From Octopus sinensis (Eukaryota), in assembly GCF_006345805.1 (NCBI RefSeq), contig NW_021833233.1, forward strand, positions 21,127-85,126: a stretch of 64,000 nt of DNA, read 5' to 3'. How positions within the stretch are numbered: the stretch's first letter is position 1; each line of letters starts with the position of its first letter. Positions 63,878 to 64,000 of the stretch are shown piece after piece. The translations under genes were made by a program, and so were the position numbers. The notes below the pieces were generated by a model. The model worked only from the letters and a program-made list of their open reading frames with translations, made no database searches and was not told the origin of the DNA.

Positions 63878-64000
63878 GGGCATATGGCGTAGTGGTTAAG
63901 AGCGAGGACTACTAACCCCAATATTCCGATTTCCATTCCAGGCAGTGACCTGAATAGTAATGATAATAACATCGAAAAATACCGAAGAGATGAGAGCCCA
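63878..64000 (+). mobile_element. tRNA-derived SINE head, family E (runs off window)
   Basis: GGGCATATGGCGTAGTGGTTAAGAGC (A-box) followed by a degenerate B-box. No tRNA acceptor-stem closure, so not a tRNA gene. Confidence 0.6.

Overview
This is AT-rich, repeat-saturated eukaryotic non-coding DNA. The SINE, LINE and microsatellite content looks like an Octopus (cephalopod) genome; this is an inference from recognising repeat families, not from a database search. I could not support any intact host gene or exon. Almost all ORFs in the track are microsatellite artefacts, and the rest are decayed retroelement or transposase fragments: Penelope-like (PLE) RT and Neptune-type GIY-YIG endonuclease, four R4/Dong-type RLE 3' ends, a CR1-type and RTE-type LINE 3' ends, and a mariner remnant. 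The window also holds dozens of tRNA-derived SINE copies (labelled A-E here), three non-autonomous Helitrons, MITEs and three 0.6-1.1 kb tandem duplications that may be assembly artefacts. The main hidden signal is about 10 minimal type I hammerhead ribozyme (HHR) motifs, found by eye on both strands. All have a self-complementary stem III (the dimer-type fold known from PLEs), and several carry catalytic-core variants (U4C, U3-A8, A6U). Five sit in ORF-less inverted-repeat (foldback) elements of the same polarity, and two of these have a complete outward-facing HHR in each arm, one per strand. One further HHR lies in a 425-bp terminally redundant unit that resembles a retrozyme/circRNA copy. 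Ribozyme activity and expression are untested predictions.
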